Source of the DNA: an uncultured Planctomycetota bacterium
GTDB lineage: Bacteria > Planctomycetota > Planctomycetia > Gemmatales > Gemmataceae
Direction of reading: 5' to 3'
DNA: 64,000 bases
NCBI GenBank assembly: GCA_963849325.1
Contig: CAWKHF010000001.1
Span: 160,001 to 224,000 of the forward strand
The number at the start of each line of letters is the position of its first letter. The first letter of the stretch is position 1. A model generated the notes under the pieces. It searched no databases. It saw only the letters and a program-made list of their open reading frames with translations, and was not told the DNA's origin. Position numbers and translations under genes: made by a program. Of this stretch, positions 48,872-58,417 are shown in pieces.

Positions 48872-50557
48872 TTGTCAACAACAACCCCGCGGCGTGTGTA
48901 CAAGGGAAGAAGCATCCGGACGCCGGTGCTGCTCTGTCTGCTGGGGTTGTTCGCTTTGCCGGCCTCTCTTTCCGCTCAGACGCTCACCACGGACGAGTTG
49001 CGCAAGCAAGCCGTCCTCCTCGAACAGCGCCACGACTGGCTCGAAGCGTGCCGCGTCTACGACGAGCTGTTGCGCAAGGACCGGACGCGCGAGGACGTCC
49101 GGCAAGCGTATCAGCGCTGCCTGCGTCGCTATCACATCGTCCATCGCCATCGAGACAAGGTCTACCGTCAAGCCCTGACGCGCGTGACGGCGGTGCAAGC
49201 CCTGGAGATGTACGAGCAGGTGCTCGACACCGTTGCCCGCGCCTACGTCGATCGGCACAGGACCAGCGCGGCGGCGCTGTTCCGGCAAGGAGTGGAAGAA
49301 TTGCTCCTGGCCTTCGACGAGACCGTCTTCCGCGACGAATACTTTCCCGGCATCCCGCGCGAGACGTTCGACGCCTTCAAGACGAAGCTGGAGGAGTGGC
49401 GCGGCCGCAAGATCGCCAGCCGTTCCGACGCCCGCGCCCAGGTGATGGCGGTTGGACGGACGGCGCAGCAGATGGGCTTCGGACCTCGGCCCCTGCTGCT
49501 GACGGTCATCGCCCTGGAATTTCTCAGCGGCGCCTGCAACGCCCTGGATGAATACACCTTCTTCCTGACGCCCGGCCGTTACCGCGAAGTGCAGGCGGCA
49601 TTGCGTGGCCGGTTGGTCTCTATCGGCGTCGATCTGGCCGTGGTCGAGGGACATCTGGAAATCGCTCGCGTCTATCCGCGCAGCCCGGCCTGGGAACAGG
49701 GACTCATGCTGCACGACCGCATCCTGCGGATCGACGGCCAATCCACCGCAACGCTGCCGGCCGAGGTCGCCGCCGAACGACTGCGCGGCAAGGCCGGCAG
49801 TGTCGTCAAGCTGGAAGTCTTCTCGGTGGCCCAGATGATGACGCGGCCAACCATTGAGCTGACGCGCCGGCCCGTGATCGTGCCCAGCGTCGAGTTCGAG
49901 CTGAAGCCCGTCCTGGTGGACACCGGAGACGGTCTGGAGACGGTCGTTCCCATCGGCCGCTTGCGCATCCTCTACTTCCAGGAATCGACGCTGCAAGAAG
50001 TGAAGGAAGCGTTGGCGGCACTGCAAACCGACGGTATGCGGATGCTGGTCCTCGACCTGCGCGGCAACCCCGGCGGCCTGTTCAAGTCGGCCGTGCAGGT
50101 GGCCGAACTGTTTCTGCCCGAAGGCATCATCGTGGTGTCGCAGTCGCACATTCTGCCCAGGGACAAACGGCTGAGCGGCCCGATCCGAGTGGAGAGCATG
50201 AATCCGCTGTTGCTGCCGATGGTGGTGGTCATCGACGGCGATACCGCTAGCTCCGCCGAGGTGCTGGCCGGGGCGCTCAAGGACAACGGTCGGGCCAAGC
50301 TGATCGGGCAAACGACGTTCGGCAAAGGCTCGATCCAGTGCATTATCCCGCTGGACAAGCCGCCCTTCGACAAGATGCCGGGCGGCATCCGCATCACGGT
50401 GGCCAAGCTGCTGTCGCCGAGTTGGCAGCCGTACAGCGGCCAGGGTGTTCGGCCGAATGTGCCTTCCAGTTCCGATGGCGATGCGGTGCTGGCCGAGGCG
50501 CAGCAAGTCCTGCTGGACATGCTCAAGACCTTGCAGCCGATGGCGATACCGCACTGA
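48872..50557 (+). CDS. S41-family carboxyl-terminal processing protease (CtpA-like)
   Basis: Signal peptide, PDZ domain, LDLRGNPGG, TASSAEV and TFGKGSIQ. Confidence 0.92.
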   Translation: MSTTTPRRVYKGRSIRTPVLLCLLGLFALPASLSAQTLTTDELRKQAVLLEQRHDWLEACRVYDELLRKDRTREDVRQAYQRCLRRYHIVHRHRDKVYRQALTRVTAVQALEMYEQVLDTVARAYVDRHRTSAAALFRQGVEELLLAFDETVFRDEYFPGIPRETFDAFKTKLEEWRGRKIASRSDARAQVMAVGRTAQQMGFGPRPLLLTVIALEFLSGACNALDEYTFFLTPGRYREVQAALRGRLVSIGVDLAVVEGHLEIARVYPRSPAWEQGLMLHDRILRIDGQSTATLPAEVAAERLRGKAGSVVKLEVFSVAQMMTRPTIELTRRPVIVPSVEFELKPVLVDTGDGLETVVPIGRLRILYFQESTLQEVKEALAALQTDGMRMLVLDLRGNPGGLFKSAVQVAELFLPEGIIVVSQSHILPRDKRLSGPIRVESMNPLLLPMVVVIDGDTASSAEVLAGALKDNGRAKLIGQTTFGKGSIQCIIPLDKPPFDKMPGGIRITVAKLLSPSWQPYSGQGVRPNVPSSSDGDAVLAEAQQVLLDMLKTLQPMAIPH

Positions 50558-50572
50558 TCGGCATATCCTCCG

Positions 50573-51442
50573 TTGAGACCTGTCGTGCGCCCTCTCTGGT
50601 CCCAGACAATCTCGGCCCCGCTGCGCGGTCTGAGCCTGGCCCGTGAGCGCGATGCGGTGCTGGCCTGGGACGGTCGCGACGATCTGTTCCTGTTCAACCA
50701 CGCCGGCCGACTCCAGGGTCAATGTTCCTCTCCCGCGGTCATCGCGGCGGCCTGCGGTGCCGAGGATGGCAGCGCCTACGCCGTCGGCGGTTCGCGCGAG
50801 CCGGTCGTGTGCTGGCTGGGTCCGGATCTGTCGCCGCGCTGGCAGCGCCCGCTGCATCGCGGCGCGACGGCCATCGCCCTGGAGCCACTGGGCCAGTACG
50901 TCGCCGTGGCCGACGCCGATGGCACGCTGTACCTGTTCGACCGCGACGGCCAAACGCGGTGGCGGGCGACGACGCCGCGGCCGTTGTCCCATCTCGCCTT
51001 CGTGCCGGAGAAACCCCTGCTCGTCGGCGCCGCCGATTTCGGGCTGGTCGTCTGTTTTGGCTCGGCCGGCGAATGCCTGTGGCGCGACGGGTTGGTCGCG
51101 CACGTCGGCTCCCTGGCAGTCCGCGGCGACGGCGATGGCCTCCTCCTGGCCTGCTTTGGCGATGGTCTGTATCGCTACCGCGCGGCCGGCCCGCCGCCCC
51201 AGCAGATCCTTCTTGACGCGGCCTGTTCTCGCGCGGCCGTCTCCTATGCCGGCGACCGTGTGCTCACAGCGGAGCGGGACAACCGCGTCTGTCTGCGTGA
51301 CGGCGATGGAACTCGACGCGACCCCATCACCCTCGATGCCTCTCCCGTCGCTCTCGCCCTAGGGGCGCTGAGGCGATCAGGGAGTCATCGGCCTAGCCGA
51401 CGGGACGATCCTGCGTTTCGACCTGCGCCCGAGCAGCGGTGA
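50573..51442 (+). CDS. WD40/PQQ-like beta-propeller protein (3' end probably frameshifted)
   Basis: Repeated blades such as VAVADADGTLYLFDRDG and VGSLAVRGDG. Confidence 0.7.
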   Translation: MRPVVRPLWSQTISAPLRGLSLARERDAVLAWDGRDDLFLFNHAGRLQGQCSSPAVIAAACGAEDGSAYAVGGSREPVVCWLGPDLSPRWQRPLHRGATAIALEPLGQYVAVADADGTLYLFDRDGQTRWRATTPRPLSHLAFVPEKPLLVGAADFGLVVCFGSAGECLWRDGLVAHVGSLAVRGDGDGLLLACFGDGLYRYRAAGPPPQQILLDAACSRAAVSYAGDRVLTAERDNRVCLRDGDGTRRDPITLDASPVALALGALRRSGSHRPSRRDDPAFRPAPEQR

Positions 51443-51740
51443 AAAACTGCTCTTGCTCCGAGCGGACGAGTTTTGTAAAACCGTCGATACGATAAGGAGT
51501 GTGGGTAGGGAATCCCGCTCCACCCTCGCTGAGGGTGAAGGTACGGCAGGAGGCTGAACACTTCAGATAACTTGCCTTCCTCGCAGATCCGCACCTCCTG
51601 AGTTTTCAACCCATCGCCCGGTCCCATTCAACGCAGCATGGGCAAGTTGTTTCGCGCCCCTCATGGTTGGGGGGAACGGCGGCTCGCCTGGGATGTGCGC
51701 CGCCGCAATGGTCTCCATCCACCGGAAAGGACACCCGCGC

Positions 51741-52520
51741 ATGCTCGTACTTTCACGCCGACTCGGACAGAAGATCGTTTTTCCCGGCACGCAGACGACC
51801 GTGCAAATCGTTTCCCTAAAACCGGGCGTCGTTCGCCTGGGGATCGACGCCCCCGAACACGTCGCCGTCTACCGCGACGAATTGCTGGGGCGAAACGACT
51901 TCCAGGAACGGACGCCCCTCGTGGACGAGTCAACCGCGCAGCACGTGGCCGACCAATTGCTGCACATCCTCAACAACCGGCTCAATACCAGTACGGTCGG
52001 GTTGGCCCTGCTTCGCCGGCAACTGGATCTGGGTCTCACCCGCGACATGCTTTCCACGCTCGACAAGATCGAGGACAACCTCAAGGGGTTGCAGCAGCGT
52101 GTCGAAGGGCTTGACGCGGATCGGCCTCGTCCCGCCAGGCCGGCGCGACGGTGCGCGCTCGTGGTCGAAGACGACCGCAACGAGTGTGAACTGCTGGCCG
52201 GCTTCCTGCGCCTGGCCGGACTCGACGTTCACACGGCCGGCGACGGCGCCGACGCCCTCGATTATCTCAACGAACAGGGCAAGCCGGACGTGGTCTTGCT
52301 CGACATGATGCTGCCGCGCTGCGACGGACCCACGACCGTTCGCAACATCCGTCGTAACCCCGCCTATGACGGCATGCGCATCTTCGGCGTCACCGGAGCC
52401 GCCGTCGAGCAATTCGGCCTCGCCGAAGGGCCGGGCGGCATCGATCGCTGGTTCCGCAAGCCCCTCAACCCCGAGGCGCTGCTGCGCGCGCTGGATCAAA
52501 ACCTCTCCACGGTGCCCTAG
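51741..52520 (+). CDS. CsrA (carbon storage regulator) domain fused to a C-terminal receiver domain
   Basis: MLVLSRR...VRLGIDAPEHVAVYRDEL (CsrA), a helical linker, then LVVEDD, VLLDMMLP and FRKP (REC); RBS GAAAGGA. Confidence 0.85.
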   Translation: MLVLSRRLGQKIVFPGTQTTVQIVSLKPGVVRLGIDAPEHVAVYRDELLGRNDFQERTPLVDESTAQHVADQLLHILNNRLNTSTVGLALLRRQLDLGLTRDMLSTLDKIEDNLKGLQQRVEGLDADRPRPARPARRCALVVEDDRNECELLAGFLRLAGLDVHTAGDGADALDYLNEQGKPDVVLLDMMLPRCDGPTTVRNIRRNPAYDGMRIFGVTGAAVEQFGLAEGPGGIDRWFRKPLNPEALLRALDQNLSTVP

Positions 52521-52527
52521 ACTTTTG

Positions 52528-52593
52528 GGCGAACGGCCGGCGTTAGCCGGCTGGTAGAGGCGGCAACCAGCCGGCTAACGCCGGCCGTTCGCC
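52528..52593. repeat. REP-like palindrome, family D (GGCGAACGGCCGGCGT(T/A)AGCCGGCTGGT)
   Basis: Perfect 28-bp arms; sister copy at 56713. Confidence 0.88.
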
Positions 52594-52610
52594 ATGATTA
52601 GCGGACCCTA

Positions 52611-52665
52611 CCGAGCCGCGACCGCGAGGGAGCGAAATTCCCCCTTTCCCTGACGGTCGCGGCCC
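52611..52665. repeat. Degenerate REP-like palindrome, family B
   Basis: CCGAGCCGCGACCGCGAGGGAGCG ... CCCTGACGGTCGCGGC. Confidence 0.55.
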
Positions 52666-52791
52666 TGGCCGATGTGATCTTTTCCATCTACATTTCTCGA
52701 TACACTCCCGGCCGGCACGTCTTACCAAGCCGGTTCGCCGAGTGCAAAAGGCCACCCACCTTGGGAACAGAAGTTGCTCTCATGTTCGACC

Positions 52792-53250
52792 ATGATGAAG
52801 CAATCGAACCAGCTGTTTGGCTTGGCACCGGAGCCTTTCAATCTGCCGCAGAGAAAGGCGAACGGGAAGGAACCCTCCTCGCCGCCGGACGCGCGGGGAC
52901 CGCTGCGCCGGGTCGCCCCGGACCTTTTCCGGACCCTGGCGGCTCGCTACGGCGAACTGCTGGAAAGGACCGTGGACCAGCGCGTGTATGCGCGGGAGTC
53001 CGCGCTGACGGAAGGCTTGCGGGAAATGAGCGTGCGGCTGGGCCGTCTCCAGGCGGCCCCCCGCGACGTGATCGACCTGCATAGCCACGCCCTGGAGGTC
53101 CAGTTGGCCGCGGCGCCGGCACGACTGGCGGCCGTCTACGTTGAGGAAGGACGCTTGCTCGTGCTCGAACTCATGGGGCACTTGCTGTCGTATTATCGAA
53201 GGGAGTGCCTTCAGGCCGGACGGTCCTCCGAGCGGTCCCTTCGGAGGTGA
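52792..53250 (+). CDS. KaiA C-terminal-domain-like helical protein (KaiA3-like, no N-terminal receiver)
   Basis: RYGELL...PRDVIDLH...RLLVLELMGHLLSYYRR aligns by eye with KaiA DYRQILL...VVEIH...RLTLIDVIAHLCEMYRR (reference recalled from memory); lies immediately upstream of kaiB and kaiC. Confidence 0.65.
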   Translation: MMKQSNQLFGLAPEPFNLPQRKANGKEPSSPPDARGPLRRVAPDLFRTLAARYGELLERTVDQRVYARESALTEGLREMSVRLGRLQAAPRDVIDLHSHALEVQLAAAPARLAAVYVEEGRLLVLELMGHLLSYYRRECLQAGRSSERSLRR

Positions 53251-53265
53251 ATCGAGGCTTCGATC

Positions 53266-53592
53266 ATGGCTAAGTATCTTCTCAAGCTCTACGTCACCGG
53301 CCAGACGCCGCGCTCCCATCGCGCCATCGAAAACCTGCGCCGCCTCTGCGACGAGGAACTGCACGGCCAATATGAGATGCACGTCATCGACGTGCTGGAA
53401 CGGCCGCAGCTGGCCGAGGATGAGAAGATCCTGGCCACGCCCACCGTGGTCAAGGAATTGCCGGCGCCGATCCGCCGTATCATCGGCGACCTGTCCGACG
53501 CCGAAAAAGTGCTCCTCGGACTGGATTTACAACGGTGCAGCCTCGCGGGGAACGGTTCATGCGGAAAGGAGGAAAGCATTGACCTGGCATAA
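53266..53592 (+). CDS. kaiB: Circadian clock protein KaiB
   Basis: [34 protein letters not shown] and [10 protein letters not shown] motifs. Confidence 0.95.
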   Translation: MAKYLLKLYVTGQTPRSHRAIENLRRLCDEELHGQYEMHVIDVLERPQLAEDEKILATPTVVKELPAPIRRIIGDLSDAEKVLLGLDLQRCSLAGNGSCGKEESIDLA

Positions 53593-55156
53593 CCATCACT
53601 CCGCTGTCGCCAAGCTCCCGACGGAAGTCCCCGGCTTCGACCTGATCTCTTACGGCGGTTTGCCCGAGGGGCGTTCCACTCTCCTGTCCGGCACGTCCGG
53701 CAGCGCCAAGACCGTGCTCGCCTGCCAGTTCCTGGCCGAGGGCATTCGCCGCCGCGGCGAGTCGGGCGTCTTTGTCACCTTCGAGGAAAGTCCGCAAGCC
53801 ATCCGCAAGAACATGGAAGGCTTCAACTGGGGCATCCCTCGTTGGGAACAGGAGGGCAAATGGTCGTTTGTTGATGTGTCGCCGCACCCCGGTCAGGAGA
53901 CGATCATCAGCGGCTCCTTCGACCTCAACGCTCTGCTGGTGCGCATCGAGAACGCCGTGCGCAAGACGGGCGCCCGCCGCATGTCGCTGGATTCGCTGGG
54001 AGGCGTCTTCGCCCAACTCGGCGAATCGACCACCGTGCGCAATGAGCTGTTCCGCATCGTTTCCGCCCTCAAGGAGATGGGCGTCACCTCGATCATCACC
54101 GCCGAACGCACCGAGGAATATGGGCAAGTGTCGCGCTACGGCATCGAGGAGTTCGTCACCGATAACGTGGTCATCCTGCGCAACGGCCTGGAACAGGAGA
54201 AACGGCGACGCACCATCGAGATCCTCAAGTTCCGCGGCACTCCCCATCAGAAAGGCGAGTTTCCCTTCACCGTCAGTCCCGACCAGGGTGTCGTGGTCAT
54301 TCCATTGTCGGCCATCGAGCTGAAGCAGAAGTCGTCGGACCTGCGCATCGCTTCGGGCATCCCGGAGCTGGACCGCATGTGCGGCGGCGGTTTTTTCCGC
54401 GACTCGATCGTGCTGCTGTCCGGGGCGACAGGCACCGGCAAGACGCTGGTGACGACCTCGTTCATCGCCGGCGGCGCGGCCACCGGCGAACGCACCCTGT
54501 TCTTCGCCTTCGAGGAAAGCCGCGATCAACTGTTCCGCAACGCCAGCGGCTGGGGCATCGATTTCGAGAAGATGGAGGCGGCCGGCAAGCTCAAGGTCGT
54601 GTGCGAGTATCCCGAGACCGGCAGCCTGGAAGACCACCTGATCGCCATGAAAGCGGTGGTGGACGAATTTCAGCCGCAGCGCATCGCCATCGACAGCTTG
54701 TCGGCCCTGGAGCGCGTGGCCACGGTCAAGAGCTTCCGCGAGTTCGCCATCGCCCTGACCTCGTACATCAAGGACAAGAACATCGCCGGCCTGTTCACGG
54801 CCACCTCGTCGAGCCTGCTGGGCGGCTCGTCGGTGACCGAGACGCACATCTCGACCATCACCGACTCCATCATCCTGTTGCGTTACGTCGAGATGCACGG
54901 CGAGATGCGGCGCGGCGTCACGGTGCTGAAGATGCGCGGCTCCAGTCACGAGAAGAACATCCGCGAGTTCACCATTGACGGCAAAGGCATGCACATCGGC
55001 AAACCGTTCCGCAATGTTTCGGGCATTCTCTCAGGCCATTTCACCCATCTGCCGCCGGGCGAGATCGAGCGCCTGGGCGAGCTGTTCAAGGACGATGGAG
55101 ACCCCAATGCCCATGCTCGGGACATCCAGGTCGGGCGCGATCATCCCCTGGGGTGA
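53579..55156 (+). CDS. kaiC: Circadian clock protein KaiC (double RecA-like domain)
   Basis: TTG start with [77 protein letters not shown]. Confidence 0.96.
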   Translation: MTWHNHHSAVAKLPTEVPGFDLISYGGLPEGRSTLLSGTSGSAKTVLACQFLAEGIRRRGESGVFVTFEESPQAIRKNMEGFNWGIPRWEQEGKWSFVDVSPHPGQETIISGSFDLNALLVRIENAVRKTGARRMSLDSLGGVFAQLGESTTVRNELFRIVSALKEMGVTSIITAERTEEYGQVSRYGIEEFVTDNVVILRNGLEQEKRRRTIEILKFRGTPHQKGEFPFTVSPDQGVVVIPLSAIELKQKSSDLRIASGIPELDRMCGGGFFRDSIVLLSGATGTGKTLVTTSFIAGGAATGERTLFFAFEESRDQLFRNASGWGIDFEKMEAAGKLKVVCEYPETGSLEDHLIAMKAVVDEFQPQRIAIDSLSALERVATVKSFREFAIALTSYIKDKNIAGLFTATSSSLLGGSSVTETHISTITDSIILLRYVEMHGEMRRGVTVLKMRGSSHEKNIREFTIDGKGMHIGKPFRNVSGILSGHFTHLPPGEIERLGELFKDDGDPNAHARDIQVGRDHPLG

Positions 55157-55183
55157 CGCCGTGCCCGGTCCGGGGAGTTCGTC

Positions 55184-56675
55184 ATGCTGGACGATTACAA
55201 ACTGCGCACTGGCCGCCAGCGAGGCGCGCTTTCGCACCCTGATCGAGAAGATGGCCGACGGCGTCATCGTGGTACGCGATGCGGGCGTGATCTGTTACGT
55301 CAATCCGGCCGCCGAGGCGCTGCTGGGCCGTCGCGCCGACGAGTTGGTCGGCGCCCCGTTTGGCCAGCCGGTGGCGTCGGGCGAAACCGTGGAAATCGAC
55401 CTCTGCCCCGTGCCTCGTCGTTCCGCCTCGACGGAGGGCGTGTCCGGCCCTCTTCATCTACCGCTGCGCGTGGCGGAGATGCGCGTCGTCGAGATCGACT
55501 GGGATGGACAGCCGGCGCTACTGGCGACCCTGCGTGACATCAGCGAACGCAAGGAGGCCCTGCGCCGCTGCGATGAGTTCCTCGCCATGCTCGCCCACGA
55601 GCTGCGCAATCCGTTGGCCCCGATCCTCACCGCCGCCCAACTGCTGCGGCAGAAGGGTCTGCCCGCCGACCAGCGGGAACACTCCTGCGCCATCATCGAG
55701 CGGCAGGGCCGGCACATGGCTCGCTTGCTGGATGACCTGCTCGACCTGTCGCGCGTGACGTACGGCAAGATCGAGCTGCGCAAGCAAGTCGTGGACCTGG
55801 GCACCATCCTGAGCGATGCCATCCACGGCAGTCGATCCCTGATCGATGGACGGCAGCATCAGCTGGCCCTTTCGCTGCCCCCGGTGCCGCTGCGCGTCGA
55901 GGCCGACCCGACGCGATTGGGGCAGGTGATGGTGAATCTGCTCAACAACGCGGCCAAGTACACCGAGCCGGGCGGCCGCATCGAGCTGAGTCTTCAGCGA
56001 GACGGCACGCAGGCGGTCGTGCGCGTCAAGGACTCGGGGATGGGCATTCCTCCGTCCGCGCTGGCGAGTATCTTCGAGCCGTTTGCCCAGCTTAATCCGT
56101 CGCTAGATCGTGCGCAGGGTGGACTGGGGATTGGCCTGACGCTGGTTCGTCGGCTGGTGGAACTGCACGGCGGCACGATCGCCGCCCATAGTGACGGCCT
56201 GGGCCGAGGCAGTGAGTTCGTGGTCCGCTTGCGGCTCGATCCTCGATCTCTTACAGAGGAACCTCCTCGGTCCCAACCGCCCTTCGTCCCTCGCCGTGTC
56301 CTGCTCATCGAGGACAACCAGGATGGCCGCGAGATGCTGACCGGGCTGCTGCGCCTATGGGGACATCAGGTCGAGGAGGCCGACGATGGGCCGGGCGGCC
56401 TGACCGCCATCCGCCGGCAACCTCCCGATGTGGCCCTGGTGGACATCGGCCTGCCGGACCTGGACGGCTACGAACTGGCTCGCCAGGTACGCGCCGCGCC
56501 GGGCGGTGATCGGGTCGTGCTCATTGCCGTGACAGGCTACGGTCAACCGCAGGACCGACGCCGCGCCGTCGAAGCCGGTTTCGACGACCATCTGGTCAAG
56601 CCGGTGGATCTGGACAAGCTGATGCGACTCCTCCAGGATTTGCCGCGCGCCGCTCCCGGCGAACGGCCGGCGTAA
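55184..56675 (+). CDS. PAS-domain hybrid sensor histidine kinase / response regulator (start uncertain: ATG 55184 with a frameshift near 55205, or GTG 55161)
   Basis: PAS (YVNPAAEALLG), H-box FLAMLAHELRNPL, N-box NLLNNAAKYT, G boxes DSGMG and GGLGIGL, REC (IEDN, VDIGLP, LVKP); no TM segment. Confidence 0.92.
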
Positions 56676-56778
56676 GCCGGCTGGTGGGCGAGACTTGCCG
56701 CGTGCCGCTCCCGGCGAACGGCCGGCGTAAGCCGGCTGGTGGGCGAGACTACCAGCCGGCTTACGCCGGCCGTTCGCC
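56640..56778. repeat. 55-bp tandem duplication plus a family D REP palindrome
   Basis: 56640-56694 is repeated at 56695-56749 with one mismatch; hairpin at 56713-56778. Confidence 0.85.
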
Positions 56779-56878
56779 TCTGTTACGCTTCAGGACTGGA
56801 CTTTCCCGGTGGTTGACTTTTGGGTATGCGGGACGGTGGCATGAGGGACATCGTCCCCTCGGCGCCGGGAGAGAACCC

Positions 56879-58303
56879 ATGTCGGATGAAGAGGGGCCAT
56901 TTCCGAGGAATAAAGGGGAGACTCCAGGGCGGCAGCAAGGGATGGCCTGGTGCTGTCTGCCCCTGCTGGTTGCGTCGGTGGGGTTGAGTGCGTGTGGAGT
57001 GGTGCGGTCCCAGGCAGCCGACATTGATCCGGTCGAACGTCTTCGCCACGCCTTGCAAGCTACGTATCCCAATCCGGCGGCGCGGGATCGTCAGGTCAAG
57101 GAATGCCTGGCCGAACTGCGTTCGCTCTCCGACCTCCAACGCGCCGCCGTGCTGGTGGAGTGGTGCGAATCCTGCCCCGGCGAATCGAGCGCGGCCGTGG
57201 ATCGGGCCAACCAGGAAGCGCTCCTCGAAGCGCTGACGGTTGCCGTGCGCGGCGTGTTGCGTCCGAGAGGTCCAGCGGCGGCCGCGACGATCGATTGGAT
57301 CGCGCGGACGGCCGAACAAGCCCGCGCCAGCGGCGAACCCCTTCCTCTCTTCCATCGCTTCGGGCCGGAACTGGCCGACGTGGTGATCCAGGGTCCGTCG
57401 TCGCTTCGCGCCGCGGCCGCCCGTACACTGGGACAGATCGAACCAAGTGTGTACGTCGCCGTGCCGGCCCTCGAAGAACTGCTCCGCGCCGGCGAGGCGG
57501 AGTTGCGTCTGGCCGCGGCCGACGGACTCGCTCATCTGATGCAAAACGCCCTGCAAGCGCTCGGCGGCGCCGGAAGCCAGCGCCCCGCCCCGCGCGGCGA
57601 ATTGGTCCTGGTGGCCGGCAGCATCCTGCCAGCGGTGCATCACGGCCTGGACGACGACCGACTCGAGGTGCGCCGCCGCTGCCTGGAAACGATCGGCCTC
57701 GCCGCCGTGGCCCTGTCCCGTCTGATCGAGGACGCGAACCCGCCGGACGGACCCTCCTTCGGACAGACATCGCCCGCGGGTCGGCGGCTGGAATCGGAGC
57801 GGGAAGAGTTGCGCCCGCTGCTTGTGGCCCTCCGCGATCAGGGACCGATCCTCGCGCGCTGCGTCCGCGACAACGATGTCGAGGTGCGCGTGCTGGCGCA
57901 CAAGGCGCTGGAGGAAATGGGGCACGCTCGCGGATGCTGGGCGCGGCGATGCGCCACGGTGAATGGACCGGAGGAAGACGCGCTGGGCGACGTGCTCCGG
58001 GAAGCGGTACACGCATTGGCGGCGGCGCTGGCGCATCCCGACCTGCGCGTGCGGCGCAGCGCCCTGGACGCCCTAGAGATGATGGGTCCGCTGGCGCTGC
58101 CGGCGCTGCCGGCCCTGGCTCGCGTCCTGCACGATCCGGATCGTTTTCTCCGCTGGTCGGCCGTGCGCACACTGGGCAAGCTCGGTCCGACGGCTCGGGA
58201 TGCGGTCGATGAGCTACGCTTGACCCTGCAAGATCCCGACACCGACGTCCGCCGTGCGGCCGGGACGGTGCTGCTCCACATCGGATCGTCCTCCCCTCCG
58301 TAA
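56879..58303 (+). CDS. HEAT-repeat protein
   Basis: Repeats VRRSALDALEMMG, LRWSAVRTLGKLG and DPDTDVRRAA; hydrophobic N-terminal segment. Confidence 0.8.
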   Translation: MSDEEGPFPRNKGETPGRQQGMAWCCLPLLVASVGLSACGVVRSQAADIDPVERLRHALQATYPNPAARDRQVKECLAELRSLSDLQRAAVLVEWCESCPGESSAAVDRANQEALLEALTVAVRGVLRPRGPAAAATIDWIARTAEQARASGEPLPLFHRFGPELADVVIQGPSSLRAAAARTLGQIEPSVYVAVPALEELLRAGEAELRLAAADGLAHLMQNALQALGGAGSQRPAPRGELVLVAGSILPAVHHGLDDDRLEVRRRCLETIGLAAVALSRLIEDANPPDGPSFGQTSPAGRRLESEREELRPLLVALRDQGPILARCVRDNDVEVRVLAHKALEEMGHARGCWARRCATVNGPEEDALGDVLREAVHALAAALAHPDLRVRRSALDALEMMGPLALPALPALARVLHDPDRFLRWSAVRTLGKLGPTARDAVDELRLTLQDPDTDVRRAAGTVLLHIGSSSPP

Positions 58304-58319
58304 TCTCCGCATCCTGGGG

Positions 58320-58399
58320 GTGTCTTGTTTAGCCGCGACGCGCAGTGGAGCGCGGGAAGACTCCCGCGCTCCGCTGCGCGTCGCGGCTAAACGAGACAC
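58320..58399. repeat. REP-like palindrome, family C, between convergent genes
   Basis: GTGTCTTGTTTAGCCGCGACGCGCAG ... CTGCGCGTCGCGGCTAAACGAGACAC. Confidence 0.85.
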
Positions 58400-58417
58400 C
58401 ATTACGAGGAATAGGTA

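Noticed and set aside
48875-51103. Long antisense and alternative-frame ORFs (for example 742 aa here, also 53480-54994 and 40421-42121)
   Set aside because: Shadow ORFs expected at high GC opposite well-supported genes; no recognisable motifs.
51445-51740. CsrB/RsmZ-like GGA-rich sRNA upstream of CsrA-REC
   Set aside because: Only a few scattered GGA motifs, not clearly in hairpin loops; not distinguishable from background.
53141-53578. N-terminal extension of KaiC in the ORF track (671 aa)
   Set aside because: It overlaps kaiB in another frame; a TTG at 53579 with a strong RBS gives a normal-length KaiC.
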